Shown one piece after another: positions 37,605 to 48,792 of a stretch of 64,000 bases of DNA; the stretch's first letter is position 1, and each line of letters starts with the position of its first letter. The notes under the pieces are model-generated. The model made no database searches. It saw nothing but the letters and a program-made list of their open reading frames with translations, and had not been told where the DNA came from. A program made the translations under genes and the position numbers. The DNA is taken from positions 32,001 through 96,000 of the forward strand of contig JBBDYJ010000016.1 of the NCBI GenBank assembly GCA_040901675.1, read 5' to 3'. This stretch comes from Pirellulales bacterium (GTDB lineage Bacteria > Planctomycetota > Planctomycetia > Pirellulales > JAICIG01).

Positions 37605-39902
37605 TTATTCGGCGCCGGGGAGGACGGCCTCCTCGGAGGGACTGGAGGACGCTTCGTCGATCGCCTCCGCCAGGCCTGGGACCTGCTCGGCTCCGGCGGG
37701 CACGGCGATGGTCGAGCCGTGGAAGGCGTCGCCCACCGGCTCGTAACGGCCGCCCAGGTGCTGGGCCAGGAAGGCCTCGGCCACCGCGTAGAACGACATG
37801 CGGTTCTCCGGGCGGGCAAAACCGTGCCCTTCGTCGGAGTAGAGCACGTAGGTGACCGGAATCTCCTTGTCCTGCATGGCGCGCACGATCTGGTCCGACT
37901 CTTGCTGCTTGACGCGCGGATCGTTGGCCCCCTGGCCGATCAACAGCGGCCGCTGGATGCGCTCGACGTGCGTCAACGGCGACCGCGACGTGAGAAACTC
38001 CTTCCCCTCCTCGCTGGTGTAGTCGCCCACCCGGTCCTTGAACATCTGGACCACTGGCTGCCAGTAGGGAGGAATGCTGCTCAGCAGCGTCAATATGTTG
38101 CTGGGGCCGACAATATCGACGCCGCAGGCAAACACCTCGGGCGTGAACGTCAGACCGACCAGCGTGGCGTACCCGCCGTAGCTGCCGCCCATGATCGCCA
38201 CACGGCCGGGGTCGGCGATTTTTTCGGCGACGGCCCACTCGACGGCGTCGACGAGATCGTCGTGCATCTTGCCGGCCCACTCGAGGTTGCCGGCGTTGCC
38301 GAAGTTTTTGCCGAACCCGGTCGAGCCGCGGTAGTTGACGGCCAGCACGGCATAGCCCCGGTTGGCCAGCATCTGGTGCTCCGGATCATAGCCCCAGGCG
38401 TCGCGGGCCCATGGTCCGCCGTGCACGTTGAGCACCAGCGGCAGCGGGGCGTCGGGCCGTGCATCGCCGTCGCTGTCGGTGCCGGGAGGGAGCGTCAGGT
38501 AGCTGACCAGGTCCAGGCCGTCGCGGGAGCGGATGACCACCGGGTGCATCTTGACCAGCGGCAGGCCCTCCAGGTCGTCGCGATTGTTGAACAAGAACGT
38601 GGCCTTTTTTGCCCGGCGATCGTAGAGATAGTACTTCACCGGCCCATCGTCGAGCAGGTAAGCCACCGTCCAAAGCTTGTCGTCGAGCGTGCGGCTGGTG
38701 ACTTCGACCTCTCCGTCGGCCTGGGACTTCAGGAACTCCAGGTCGGCGGCCACGGCCGGGTCGAGGACCTGCCACTCCTTGCGGGCGTAAGTGAAGGAGA
38801 CCGCCTCGATGGTGTTCTCGGTCGGATGGGCCAAGACCCCGCCGATGTCGGCCTTGTCGTTTTCGGCCAGCACCTGCTGGCGGCCCGAATTCAGATCCCA
38901 GGCGGTCAGCGCGCCGGTGTCGCGGCCTCGGCTATCGATCAAGTAAAGCACGTCGCCCTTCTTGTTGAATCCGGCCGGCGAGGTGGTGAGCGTGTCTTCG
39001 ATCGGGATCTTGACAAAATCGCTCCAGCCTCCCTTGCCGTCGCTCTGAAGAATCTCGTTGCCGCCGTCATCAGTGAAGCGGGAGGCGAAACGGACCTTGA
39101 AGTCCTCATCGACGACATAGCCCATGAAGCGCTCGGTGTTCTCCTCCACCAGGCTGCGCTTGCCGGTGGCCAGGTCGACCCGATAGAGGTCGTGAACTTC
39201 CGGATCGCGGTTGTTCAGGGCGACCATGATCTCGCCCGGCACGCGATGGCTGACGACCTCGATCTGGGCGTTGACCTTCTCCAGCGGCGTGAGGTCCTTG
39301 GTTTCGCCCGAGGCCAGGTCGACGCAGTACACGTGCCAGTCCTCGTCGCCGCCGGCGTCCTGCAAGTAGATGATGTGCTCGTTGGTGAAGGCCCAGAAGT
39401 AAATGCGGATGCCCCGCTTCTCATCCTTGGTGACGGGCCGGGCGGCCGACGGTTTGTCCACCGGGCCGACCCAGACGTTGAGCACGCCGTTGACCGGCGC
39501 CAGGTAACTCAGCCGGGCGCCATCGGGGCTGAGCCGCGCCGCGGCGCGATTCGGGTTGCCGAACAGCGCCTCGCGGCCGATCAGCGGCACGCCAGCCAAG
39601 TATTTCGGGGCCGGAAGCTCCTTTTTCACGGCGGGTTTTTTTACGGCGGGTTCCTCGGTCTTGGCGGGCTTCTTCGTACGCTTCGCGGCCGGCGGAATCT
39701 GTTCGGCCTGGCCCGACTGCGCTTGCTTCCGCCGCTGCCCTGTCTGCCTCGTTTCCGCTGCCTTCTGCTTGTCGCCTGCCTTGCGGCCGGCGGCCTCCTC
39801 AGCGGTTCGGGCGAGACTATCGGCGGCTGGCACGCAGCCGATCTGTGCCACAAACAGTGCAACAACGAGGGCGGCCCAGGGGGCGGCAAGCAGCTTGAAC
39901 AT
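37605..39902 (-). CDS. S9 family (prolyl oligopeptidase-type) serine peptidase, exported/lipoprotein
   Basis: VHGGPW, NYRGSTGFG, GGSYGGY, GANDPRV, DEGHGF triad motifs; N-terminal signal. Confidence 0.95.
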   Translation of the reverse strand: MFKLLAAPWAALVVALFVAQIGCVPAADSLARTAEEAAGRKAGDKQKAAETRQTGQRRKQAQSGQAEQIPPAAKRTKKPAKTEEPAVKKPAVKKELPAPKYLAGVPLIGREALFGNPNRAAARLSPDGARLSYLAPVNGVLNVWVGPVDKPSAARPVTKDEKRGIRIYFWAFTNEHIIYLQDAGGDEDWHVYCVDLASGETKDLTPLEKVNAQIEVVSHRVPGEIMVALNNRDPEVHDLYRVDLATGKRSLVEENTERFMGYVVDEDFKVRFASRFTDDGGNEILQSDGKGGWSDFVKIPIEDTLTTSPAGFNKKGDVLYLIDSRGRDTGALTAWDLNSGRQQVLAENDKADIGGVLAHPTENTIEAVSFTYARKEWQVLDPAVAADLEFLKSQADGEVEVTSRTLDDKLWTVAYLLDDGPVKYYLYDRRAKKATFLFNNRDDLEGLPLVKMHPVVIRSRDGLDLVSYLTLPPGTDSDGDARPDAPLPLVLNVHGGPWARDAWGYDPEHQMLANRGYAVLAVNYRGSTGFGKNFGNAGNLEWAGKMHDDLVDAVEWAVAEKIADPGRVAIMGGSYGGYATLVGLTFTPEVFACGVDIVGPSNILTLLSSIPPYWQPVVQMFKDRVGDYTSEEGKEFLTSRSPLTHVERIQRPLLIGQGANDPRVKQQESDQIVRAMQDKEIPVTYVLYSDEGHGFARPENRMSFYAVAEAFLAQHLGGRYEPVGDAFHGSTIAVPAGAEQVPGLAEAIDEASSSPSEEAVLPGAE

Positions 39903-39967
39903 GGTATCTCCAGGAATCCGTTACCGGGCAAGGTTCACGAGCGACGCGGCTAAGAAAAGCTTAGCCG

Positions 39968-40146
39968 AACGAGGCAGAAGGGAGAAGGGAGGCAGAGGAG
40001 GAAGGTGGATCAGGAGATCTTGGTACTTAGGACTTGGCACTTTCGGAAGACGCCAGCGGCTGCCTTCTGACCTCTGACATCTGCCTTCTGACCTCTGACT
40101 TCTGACCTCCGCCTTCTGCCTTCTGCCTTCTCCCTTCTGCCTTCTA
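39968..40146. repeat. Heptamer tandem repeats (GGCAGAA-like, then TCTGACC/TCTGCCT)
   Basis: Runs such as TTCTGACCTCTGACATCTGCCTTCTGACCTCTGACTTCTGACC between divergent genes. Confidence 0.85.
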
Positions 40147-40189
40147 ACGCTGTCCCTTGTGCGGTCAGTCCAGTACAGTTGCTGTCAAG

Positions 40190-42733
40190 ATGGACGCATC
40201 GGCGCCAGCTCGCGAGGGGCGGCCGCGGTATCAGCCGCTGGTGATCGTTCTGGCGGCGGTGTGTACGGGGATGGCCGGCGACCGCCTTGCGCCCTGGCCG
40301 GCGCAGGCCTGGTGGGCGGTGGCGGCCGGCGGCTGGTTGGCGTGGCTGGTGCTGTGGCGAAGGGGCCGCGAGCGAGCGGCGGCCGCGTGCTTGCTGATCG
40401 CGCTGGCCGCCGCCGGCGGAGCCTGGCGGCACGTGCAGTGGCACTTGTTCGACCGGAATGAAGTCGGCCTCTATGCCGGCGACCAGCCGCGCCCCGCCAT
40501 GATCGAGGCCACGCTGATCAGCGGACCTCGCCGCCTGCCGGCGCCGGCGCCCAACGCCATGCGGGCGATCGAGAGCGGCGACCGCACGCGGATGCTGGTG
40601 CGGGTGACGGCCCTGCGCGACGGCGACGCCTGGCTGCCTGCCAGCGGACGGTCGCTGCTGTTGGTCAACGGGCACTTGCTGGGAGTCTCGGTGGGCGATC
40701 GCGTGCGGATCGCCTGCCGGCTTTCGGCGCCCGCCGATCCCCGCAATCCGGGCGAGTTCGATTTCGCCCGGCACGCGCGCGGCCGCCGGCAGCTCAGCCT
40801 GCTGTCGGCCGATTTTCCGCAGTGCGTCACGGTGATTGCCAGGCGGGCGCGCTGGAGCATCGGCCAGTGGTTCGAAAACCTGCGCACCAGCGGCGACGAA
40901 GCGCTCTGGCGGCGGCTGACTCACGAGCGCTCGGGGCTGGCCGCGGCGCTGTTGCTGGGCGCCAGGGAGCAATTGGACCAGGAAACGACCGACGCCTTTG
41001 TCAGAACCGGCACCGTGCACATCCTCTCGATCTCGGGGCTGCACGTCGCCATCCTGGCCGGCGCACTGTTCTGGACCATGCGCCTCGGTTTCGCGCCTCG
41101 GGGCACCGCGCTGGCCGGTGTGGCCACCGTAGTGCTGCTCTATGCGCTGGTGATCGCGGCCGAGCCGCCGGCCGTGCGGGCTACGATCCTGGTGCTGCTG
41201 GTGGCCGCCTCGTTGTTCTGGGGAAGGCGGCTGCTGCCGTTCAATGCGCTGGCCGCGGCCGCGCTGGTGGTGCTGGCCGCCAATCCGGCCGATTTGTTTC
41301 GAGTCGGTCCGCAACTCTCGTTCCTGGCGGTGACCTCGCTGATCTGGTTCGGCCCGCGGTTTGCCCGCCGCGCGAGTGGCGCCAGCCAAGATCCCTTGGA
41401 GCGGCTGATCGACGCATCGCGTCCTTGGCACGAGCGCTCGGCCCGCTGGCTGTGCGGTTGGTGCTGGCGGGCCACGCTGTTGACGGCCGCCGTCTGGGGC
41501 ATCAGCGCCCCGTTGGTGATGGCCAACTTCCACCTCTTTTCACCCGCCACGTTGCTGCTGACGCCGCTGCTGGCGGCTCCCATCGCCGTCGGGCTGATGT
41601 CGGGGTTCGCCGTGCTCGTCCTCGATTGGATTGCGCCGCCGCTGGGCGCCATCGCGGGCTGGGTCTGCGACATGTGTCTCTGGTTCCTGAACCTGGCGGT
41701 CGACCTGGCCAGCCGGTGCCCCGGAAGCCACGTCTGGGTGCCTGGGCCGCAGCCTTGGTGGCTCGTGGTCTTTTACGGCGTGCTCGCCACGTGGATGGCC
41801 GTGCCGGCGCTGCGGCCGCCCCCCAGGTGGTGCATCGCGTTGTTGGCCGCCTGGACCACCGTGGGGCTGGCGGTGCCGTTGGCCCGCAAGCTGGAAGCGC
41901 CCCGGCTGGTGTGTACATTTCTGTCCGTGGGGCATGGGTGCGCGGTCGTGGTCGAGCTGCCCGACGGGCGGACCATGCTCTACGACTGCGGCCGGCTGGG
42001 CTCGCCCACGGCCGGGGCGCGGAGCGTATCCGGCTTCCTCTGGTCGCGGGGCATCATGCGGCTCGATGCGGTGGTGATATCGCACGCCGACATCGATCAC
42101 TACAACGCGCTGCCCGAGCTGCTCGACAAATTCGCGGTGGGACGAGTCTACGTGTCGCCGGTGATGTTCAACAATCCAGACGCGGCGATCGCGCGGTTGC
42201 GGGAAGCAATCGAGGGCGCCGGGACGCCGCTGGCGTCGATCCGGGCCAACGACCGGCTGCACGTCGGCGGAGATTGCCGGATCGAGGTCTGGCACCCTCT
42301 CGCCCGCGGTGTGCAAGGCAGCGACAACGCGAACAGCCTGGTCGTGGCGATCGAGTACCAGGGCCGCCGCATACTCTTGACCGGAGACATCGAATCGCCA
42401 GGGATGGAGGACGTGCTGGCCGAAACGCCGCAGGTCTGCGAGGTGCTGCTGGCGCCGCACCACGGGAGTATACGCAGCAGCCCCCGCGGCTTTTCCGACT
42501 GGAGCAGCCCCCGCTGGGTCATCATCAGCGGCGGACCAGGCCGCGATCATCACCAGGTGCGGCAAGTGTACGAACGGGCCGGCGCCACGGTGCTCGACAC
42601 CGAAACGCGCGGTGCGATCAGCGTACGGATCGAAAACGGAGAGGCAACCGTGGAGACCCTACGTGGCGGCGATGATTCCCTTCCGCATGGCCGGATCCGC
42701 TCGGAGCAGCCTCGAAAAAGACAAGCTGGCTAG
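40190..42733 (+). CDS. comEC: ComEC/Rec2 DNA uptake channel with metallo-beta-lactamase domain
   Basis: RNPGEFDF, GTVHILSISGLHV, QLSFLAV, SVGHG, SHADIDH, NANS, LLTGDIE, PHHGS. Confidence 0.93.
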   Translation: MDASAPAREGRPRYQPLVIVLAAVCTGMAGDRLAPWPAQAWWAVAAGGWLAWLVLWRRGRERAAAACLLIALAAAGGAWRHVQWHLFDRNEVGLYAGDQPRPAMIEATLISGPRRLPAPAPNAMRAIESGDRTRMLVRVTALRDGDAWLPASGRSLLLVNGHLLGVSVGDRVRIACRLSAPADPRNPGEFDFARHARGRRQLSLLSADFPQCVTVIARRARWSIGQWFENLRTSGDEALWRRLTHERSGLAAALLLGAREQLDQETTDAFVRTGTVHILSISGLHVAILAGALFWTMRLGFAPRGTALAGVATVVLLYALVIAAEPPAVRATILVLLVAASLFWGRRLLPFNALAAAALVVLAANPADLFRVGPQLSFLAVTSLIWFGPRFARRASGASQDPLERLIDASRPWHERSARWLCGWCWRATLLTAAVWGISAPLVMANFHLFSPATLLLTPLLAAPIAVGLMSGFAVLVLDWIAPPLGAIAGWVCDMCLWFLNLAVDLASRCPGSHVWVPGPQPWWLVVFYGVLATWMAVPALRPPPRWCIALLAAWTTVGLAVPLARKLEAPRLVCTFLSVGHGCAVVVELPDGRTMLYDCGRLGSPTAGARSVSGFLWSRGIMRLDAVVISHADIDHYNALPELLDKFAVGRVYVSPVMFNNPDAAIARLREAIEGAGTPLASIRANDRLHVGGDCRIEVWHPLARGVQGSDNANSLVVAIEYQGRRILLTGDIESPGMEDVLAETPQVCEVLLAPHHGSIRSSPRGFSDWSSPRWVIISGGPGRDHHQVRQVYERAGATVLDTETRGAISVRIENGEATVETLRGGDDSLPHGRIRSEQPRKRQAG

Positions 42734-42869
42734 CTTGGGTAGTTTGAATTGTTTCGTATTGCGCTGTTGCGCAAGATTTCTGGAGAGCCGATGCCGTATT
42801 TTTGCCCTGGATCTCGACTGGTGAGGTGGCCCCCAGAACACCTCGACTCGAGATTGCGAGGCCGAACCG

Positions 42870-43136
42870 ATGGACGCGCGCGAGTATCTGGCCACGGCGG
42901 CGGCGAATCGACGCATTGTGGAGTTAGCGAAGTACGACGAAACCGACCAGTGCGTGGGACGCGGCCGCGCCCTGGTGATCGATCCCCAGCAGCGGATCGC
43001 CGTGATGCTCGAGCATTGCGGTTTTCCCGGCATCACGCTGGTCCGGGCCGGGAACCTGGTCCAATACGTCCAAGGGACCGGGGCCGAATGGCGGATCGCA
43101 GGCGATCCGGTCGACATTCAATGGGAAGGCCCGTAG
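42870..43136 (+). CDS. Hypothetical protein (88 aa)
   Basis: GAGG upstream; co-oriented with the downstream helicase; no motif recognised. Confidence 0.5.
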   Translation: MDAREYLATAAANRRIVELAKYDETDQCVGRGRALVIDPQQRIAVMLEHCGFPGITLVRAGNLVQYVQGTGAEWRIAGDPVDIQWEGP

Positions 43137-43175
43137 CTCTTTCGGCCCATCAACGCCTACACTAGCGAGCCGAGG

Positions 43176-46100
43176 TTGTCTCGCTTCCGCGCCGCCCACG
43201 CCGACTCCCACACCGCAGCCGCCTTGATCGTTGTGCCGCCCACCGTCCACACTCCAATCGTCAACTATCTGCGTGAATGCCTGGCGGCCGAGATCAACTG
43301 GTCCCGCACCCTCAACGTGCTCGATCAGCGCGACCTGCGGCTGTTTGGGCTGACGGCCGATCAAAAAGAAGAATTGGGACGGCGGGGCTCGCTGGAGTTG
43401 AGCTCCGCGGAAGGAGCCGAGCTGGCCGCGGCCCACGCTGCCGGCGGTGAGGCCACCCGGCTCGTCATGGGCGCGCTGTTCCTGGTTGGCAGGACTCCGG
43501 GCGACGCAGGCAAGCCGCCACGACGATATTGCGGGCCGCTCTTGGAAGTGCCGCTCTCGCTGTCACGCGACCTGGCGGCGGGGCGCGTGACGGTGGCGGC
43601 CGAGGAAGAGCGGTTCACGATCAACTACGGCCTGGTCGCCGAACTGTTGCGTGCGGACGACGAGGACCTACGGCGGCGATTGACGGATCTGGCCGAGCTG
43701 GTGCCGGACTTTCCCGTCGATCCGGGCGAGTTTGCCGATTTTTGGGCGGGCTTCAAGCTGATTGCGCCGGGCTTGCCCCTTGCCGCCGATCCGCCGCGGC
43801 GGCGGCCGACCCGATCGGCGCGGACCACCGACGCCGACGAGGAGTCCGTGGACGAGGCGGACCGCGCCGCCGGCCAGGGTGAGGAAAGCCTGGCGGCCGA
43901 AGTTGCCGCCGGCAGCGGCGGCCCAACCCCGGACCAGCGGTTGGAGCTAATCGACTTCTATCTGCCCGCAATCGCCAAGGACGAAACGTTCCGGCTGTTG
44001 CCAGCCGCGGCGCTCGTCCTGGAGCAAGCTGGCAGGCAGCCGCTGTCGGTGCTGGCGGAGCTGGAGCGGCTGGCCGAGATGCCGCTCGATGGGACCGCCT
44101 TTTCGGCCGTGTTCGAGCCCGCCGATTCAGGGCGGACCGGCACCCCGGCTAGCCGGCCTGAAAGGCCGACCCCGGACGGCGACGAAGAGCCGCTTGGGCT
44201 CTCTCGACCGCAACGTGCCGTGGTTCATAGCGCGCGGTCCGCGCCGTTGACCGTGGTGACCGGGCCTCCGGGCACCGGCAAGTCGTACACGATTACGGCA
44301 ATCGTGTTGGATGCGCTGATGAGAGGCGAGAGCGTGCTGGTGGCATCGCAGATGGACAAGGCCGTGGAGGTGGTGGCCCGGCAGGTGGAGCGAATCGCCG
44401 GGCCCTTGGCGATTGCCCGATCGGGCGGCCGCCAAGCGCAGCGCGAGCTGGCCAAAAAGATCTCCAGGCTGACGGGCCCCTCGACCAGGCCCGCCAAGCC
44501 GGCAGGCCCAGCCGCGCGCCAACTGGCGGGGCGGCAGCGGGAGTTGGGCCGGCGATTGAAGGGCCTGCGGGAGCGATTCCGGCGGGTCGTCGCGCTGGAA
44601 CGGGCTTGGACTGCGAGCACCGCGGATTACGAGCGGCTGGCCGCGCTCTGTCCGCTGCCGATCGGCAAAGTCGGCGACCGCGCCGTCGACCGTGCCACAG
44701 CCGCGTTGCGAAGGGCCCAGCGGGCCCTGGCCGGAGAGCCGGGCCGGGTCCGGCGATGGTGGGGCGAGTGGCAGCGGCGGCGGGCGCTGGCGCTGTTGGC
44801 CATCGCGCGGCCGCGGGACGCCACGCTGGACGAAATCAATGAAGCGCTGACGGTCCACGTGCACCGACGGAGCATCGAGCGGGCCAAGCGCGAGCTGCGC
44901 GGGCCAGCGGTGGCCGATGCCCTCTGGCACGAGATCCGGGAGTTGACCAAGGCACGCACCGAGCTGGCGCTCGATCAGCTTCGGGCCCACCGCGAGTCGG
45001 CGCTGTACGCGCTCACCCGCGGCGCGGCCACGCGGCAGCAATTGCGGCAACTGGCGACGTTGCTGCGGCGGCGCAAGGCGAAACTGAAGCAGGCCGCCAA
45101 GCAGCGGCTCGATGAAGGGCTGGTGCTTTTGACCTTTCGCGCCTGGGCCTCGACCAACCGCACCTTGGGGCAGATACTTCCGCTGGCGCCGGCCATGTTC
45201 GACCTGGTGGTGGTCGACGAGGCCTCGCAGTGCGACCTGGCCTCGGCGGCCGTGGCGCTGGCCCGCGGACGCCGCGCCGTCGTGGTGGGAGACCCGCACC
45301 AGTTGCGGCACGTCTGCTTTCTGAGCCACGCGCGGGAGGTGGCGGCCTTTGAACGGCACGGGGTGCCTGAGCGGCAACGAGAGCAGTTTCGTTACAGCCG
45401 GCGAAGTCTTTTCGACGCGGCCGCCGACGCGGTGCCGCAAGACTGCTTTTTCCTGTTGGACGAGCACTTCCGCAGCGTGCCGCCGATCATCGACTTCTCG
45501 AACCGGCGGTTTTACGAGGGGCGGCTGCGGATCATGACCGCCCGGCCCATGTCCGGCTGGTCCGATGCAATCCGAGTGGTTCGCGTGGGAGGCCGCCGTG
45601 CAACCGAGAGCAGCATCAACGAAGCGGAAGTGCTGGCGGTCATGGACGAGATCGCGCGGCTGGTGGGGCGGGCGACGGCGTCGGGGGCGACGTCGATCGG
45701 CATCGTGTCGCCCTTCCGGGAGCAGGTCGACGCCATTCTCGACCGAGTCACTCGGGGCCTGGATGCCGAGGCCATCGCGCGGCACGAGCTGGTGGTTGGA
45801 ACGGCGCACACGCTGCAGGGGGACGAAAAAGACCTGGTCATCCTGTCGACTTCGATTGATCAAGATTCGCACCGGGCATCGCTGCGTTTTCTGGAGAACC
45901 CCAACCTTTTCAACGTAGCCGTGACGCGTGCTCGGCGGCAGATGGTGGTGGTGACGTCGGTGCAGGCGGAGGGCCTGCCCGGCGGGCTGCTGCGCGACTA
46001 CCTGCTGCACGCCCATGGTGAGCGGCGCACCGAGCCGGCGGCCGGGCGGGCGTCTCGCGCGCTGTGCGACGAGGTGGCTTCGGCGCTGCAAGCGCACGGG

Positions 46101-46334
46101 TGGCGGGTGTTCCCCGATTTCCACGCGGCGGGAATATGCGTCGACCTGGCCGTCTCGGACGGCGAGAGCCTGCTGGCGATATTCTGTGACGAATCGCCGG
46201 CCGAAGATGACGACCCGTTGGAGCAGCACGAGATCCTCGAGCGGGCCGGATGGACCGTAAAGCGCGTCAGCCGCCGCGGTTGGACCGACGACTGGGTGCG
46301 GGAAACCACGCGGCTGACCGAGCCCTGGCCATGA
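43176..46334 (+). CDS. Superfamily 1 (Upf1/DNA2-like) helicase with C-terminal MTES_1575/Vsr-like nuclease fold
   Basis: GPPGTGKS, VVDEASQ, VVGDPHQL, EHFRS, QGDEKD, NVAVTRAR; C-terminal VDLAV...AIFCD...LERAGW..RV; start uncertain. Confidence 0.85.
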   Translation: MSRFRAAHADSHTAAALIVVPPTVHTPIVNYLRECLAAEINWSRTLNVLDQRDLRLFGLTADQKEELGRRGSLELSSAEGAELAAAHAAGGEATRLVMGALFLVGRTPGDAGKPPRRYCGPLLEVPLSLSRDLAAGRVTVAAEEERFTINYGLVAELLRADDEDLRRRLTDLAELVPDFPVDPGEFADFWAGFKLIAPGLPLAADPPRRRPTRSARTTDADEESVDEADRAAGQGEESLAAEVAAGSGGPTPDQRLELIDFYLPAIAKDETFRLLPAAALVLEQAGRQPLSVLAELERLAEMPLDGTAFSAVFEPADSGRTGTPASRPERPTPDGDEEPLGLSRPQRAVVHSARSAPLTVVTGPPGTGKSYTITAIVLDALMRGESVLVASQMDKAVEVVARQVERIAGPLAIARSGGRQAQRELAKKISRLTGPSTRPAKPAGPAARQLAGRQRELGRRLKGLRERFRRVVALERAWTASTADYERLAALCPLPIGKVGDRAVDRATAALRRAQRALAGEPGRVRRWWGEWQRRRALALLAIARPRDATLDEINEALTVHVHRRSIERAKRELRGPAVADALWHEIRELTKARTELALDQLRAHRESALYALTRGAATRQQLRQLATLLRRRKAKLKQAAKQRLDEGLVLLTFRAWASTNRTLGQILPLAPAMFDLVVVDEASQCDLASAAVALARGRRAVVVGDPHQLRHVCFLSHAREVAAFERHGVPERQREQFRYSRRSLFDAAADAVPQDCFFLLDEHFRSVPPIIDFSNRRFYEGRLRIMTARPMSGWSDAIRVVRVGGRRATESSINEAEVLAVMDEIARLVGRATASGATSIGIVSPFREQVDAILDRVTRGLDAEAIARHELVVGTAHTLQGDEKDLVILSTSIDQDSHRASLRFLENPNLFNVAVTRARRQMVVVTSVQAEGLPGGLLRDYLLHAHGERRTEPAAGRASRALCDEVASALQAHGWRVFPDFHAAGICVDLAVSDGESLLAIFCDESPAEDDDPLEQHEILERAGWTVKRVSRRGWTDDWVRETTRLTEPWP

Positions 46335-46360
46335 TGGTAAGCACCGTAGTATAATTGGGC

Positions 46361-47596
<1,236 letters not shown>

Positions 47597-47598
<2 letters not shown>

Positions 47599-47655
47599 GG
47601 AGGAAGACAGAAGGCAGAAGGAGGAAGGGCAGAAGGAGGAAGGAGGAAGGAGGAA
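47597..47655. repeat. Purine-rich heptamer repeats (AAGGAGG/AAGGCAG)
   Basis: AAGGAGGAAGACAGAAGGCAGAAGGAGGAAGGGCAGAAGGAGGAAGGAGGAAGGAGG. Confidence 0.8.
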
Positions 47656-47964
47656 TCAGACCGCGAAGGCTGGAAAGAGTAACAAGGCAGCGTGGGACTG
47701 AATGGTGCAACCTGCGTGACGCGGGTTCCGCGCGTCTCTCTGCTTCGCCGACCCGTTGGGCTTCGCCGACTCGTTGGGTTCGCCTGGCGCTTCCGGTTGA
47801 CAGCCAGCCGGGGCATGCAGTAAAGTCCCCGACTTGTGCATGCGCCGATCAGGGGGTCGCCGGTGTCACGCAGGCGCCGCGGCCATGAATCCAGCCGGGC
47901 CGCGAGAGGAACTGGTGATCGATCCGGGGCGGTGGGTGTCGCGATCCTGGTCACGGGGCTCTCC

Positions 47965-48723
47965 ATGAACCGAATTCAAAGCCTTCCGGCCGTTGTTCCC
48001 ACGCCGATCGTCTACGGGCCGGACGCGGTGAACGTGGGCGCCGCCCAATACTCGCCGCCGCGGCAAGACGCCCATTTCGCCTTCTTTGCCCCGCTGCACT
48101 ACGAGCCCAATTACGCCTATCCTCTGTTCGTCTGGCTGCACGGGCCTGCCGACAGCGAAAGCCAGTTGAAGCGGATCATGCCGCTGGTCAGCATGCGGAA
48201 CTACGTCGGCGTGGCCGTTCGGGGCACGCGTCGCGTGAACCGGCCGGGCAACGCGGTCTACAGTTGGTCGCAGAGCCACGCCGACCTGACGCTGGCCGAG
48301 CAGCGGGTGCTCGACTCGATCGACCTGGCACGCTTGCGGTTCAACATAGCGCCGCGGCGGATCTTTGCGGCGGGCTTCGATTGCGGCGGCACCATGGCCT
48401 TTCGGCTGGCCATGAACCATCCCAGGCGGTTCGCCGGGGCACTTTCGTTGGGCGGCGCGTTTCCCAGCGGCCACGGCGCGCTGGCACAGCTCGACCAGGC
48501 CCGCCGCGTGGCCTTGTTCGTGGCCTGCGGCCGCGAGAGCCTGACTTATCCCACGGTGACGGTGTGCGACAACCTGCGGCTGTTTCACAGCGCGGGCATG
48601 AACGTGTCGCTGAGGCAGTATCCATGCGGCCAGGAGATCGCCCCCCAAATGCTGTCGGACGTGGACCGCTGGATCATGGAGCAGATCTCGCTGGAGGCGT
48701 CGGGGCCGGCCAAGCCGCATTGA
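47965..48723 (+). CDS. Phospholipase/carboxylesterase-fold protein with non-canonical catalytic motifs
   Basis: YPLFVWLHG, RRIFAAGFDCGG, FAGALSLGG, YPCGQEI. Confidence 0.8.
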   Translation: MNRIQSLPAVVPTPIVYGPDAVNVGAAQYSPPRQDAHFAFFAPLHYEPNYAYPLFVWLHGPADSESQLKRIMPLVSMRNYVGVAVRGTRRVNRPGNAVYSWSQSHADLTLAEQRVLDSIDLARLRFNIAPRRIFAAGFDCGGTMAFRLAMNHPRRFAGALSLGGAFPSGHGALAQLDQARRVALFVACGRESLTYPTVTVCDNLRLFHSAGMNVSLRQYPCGQEIAPQMLSDVDRWIMEQISLEASGPAKPH

Positions 48724-48792
48724 CAGCGGCTGCCCCTCGCGATACAAACTGCCGACCTTTCCTGCGTCTCCCGTCACTTTGGCGTTGCCACC

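Noticed and set aside
47742..47777. 18-bp direct duplication GCTTCGCCGAC(C/T)CGTTGG
   Set aside because: Only two copies; most simply a local slippage event
47821..47851. Sigma28-like promoter TAAA...GCCGATCA (a similar one lies at 27978-28006)
   Set aside because: Spacing is 19 nt (16-17 nt for the other) rather than the expected 15
48721..48723. Selenocysteine or stop read-through fusing the esterase-like gene to the HATPase domain
   Set aside because: The in-frame arrangement can arise by chance, the TGA is not at a catalytic position, and no SECIS-like hairpin was evident
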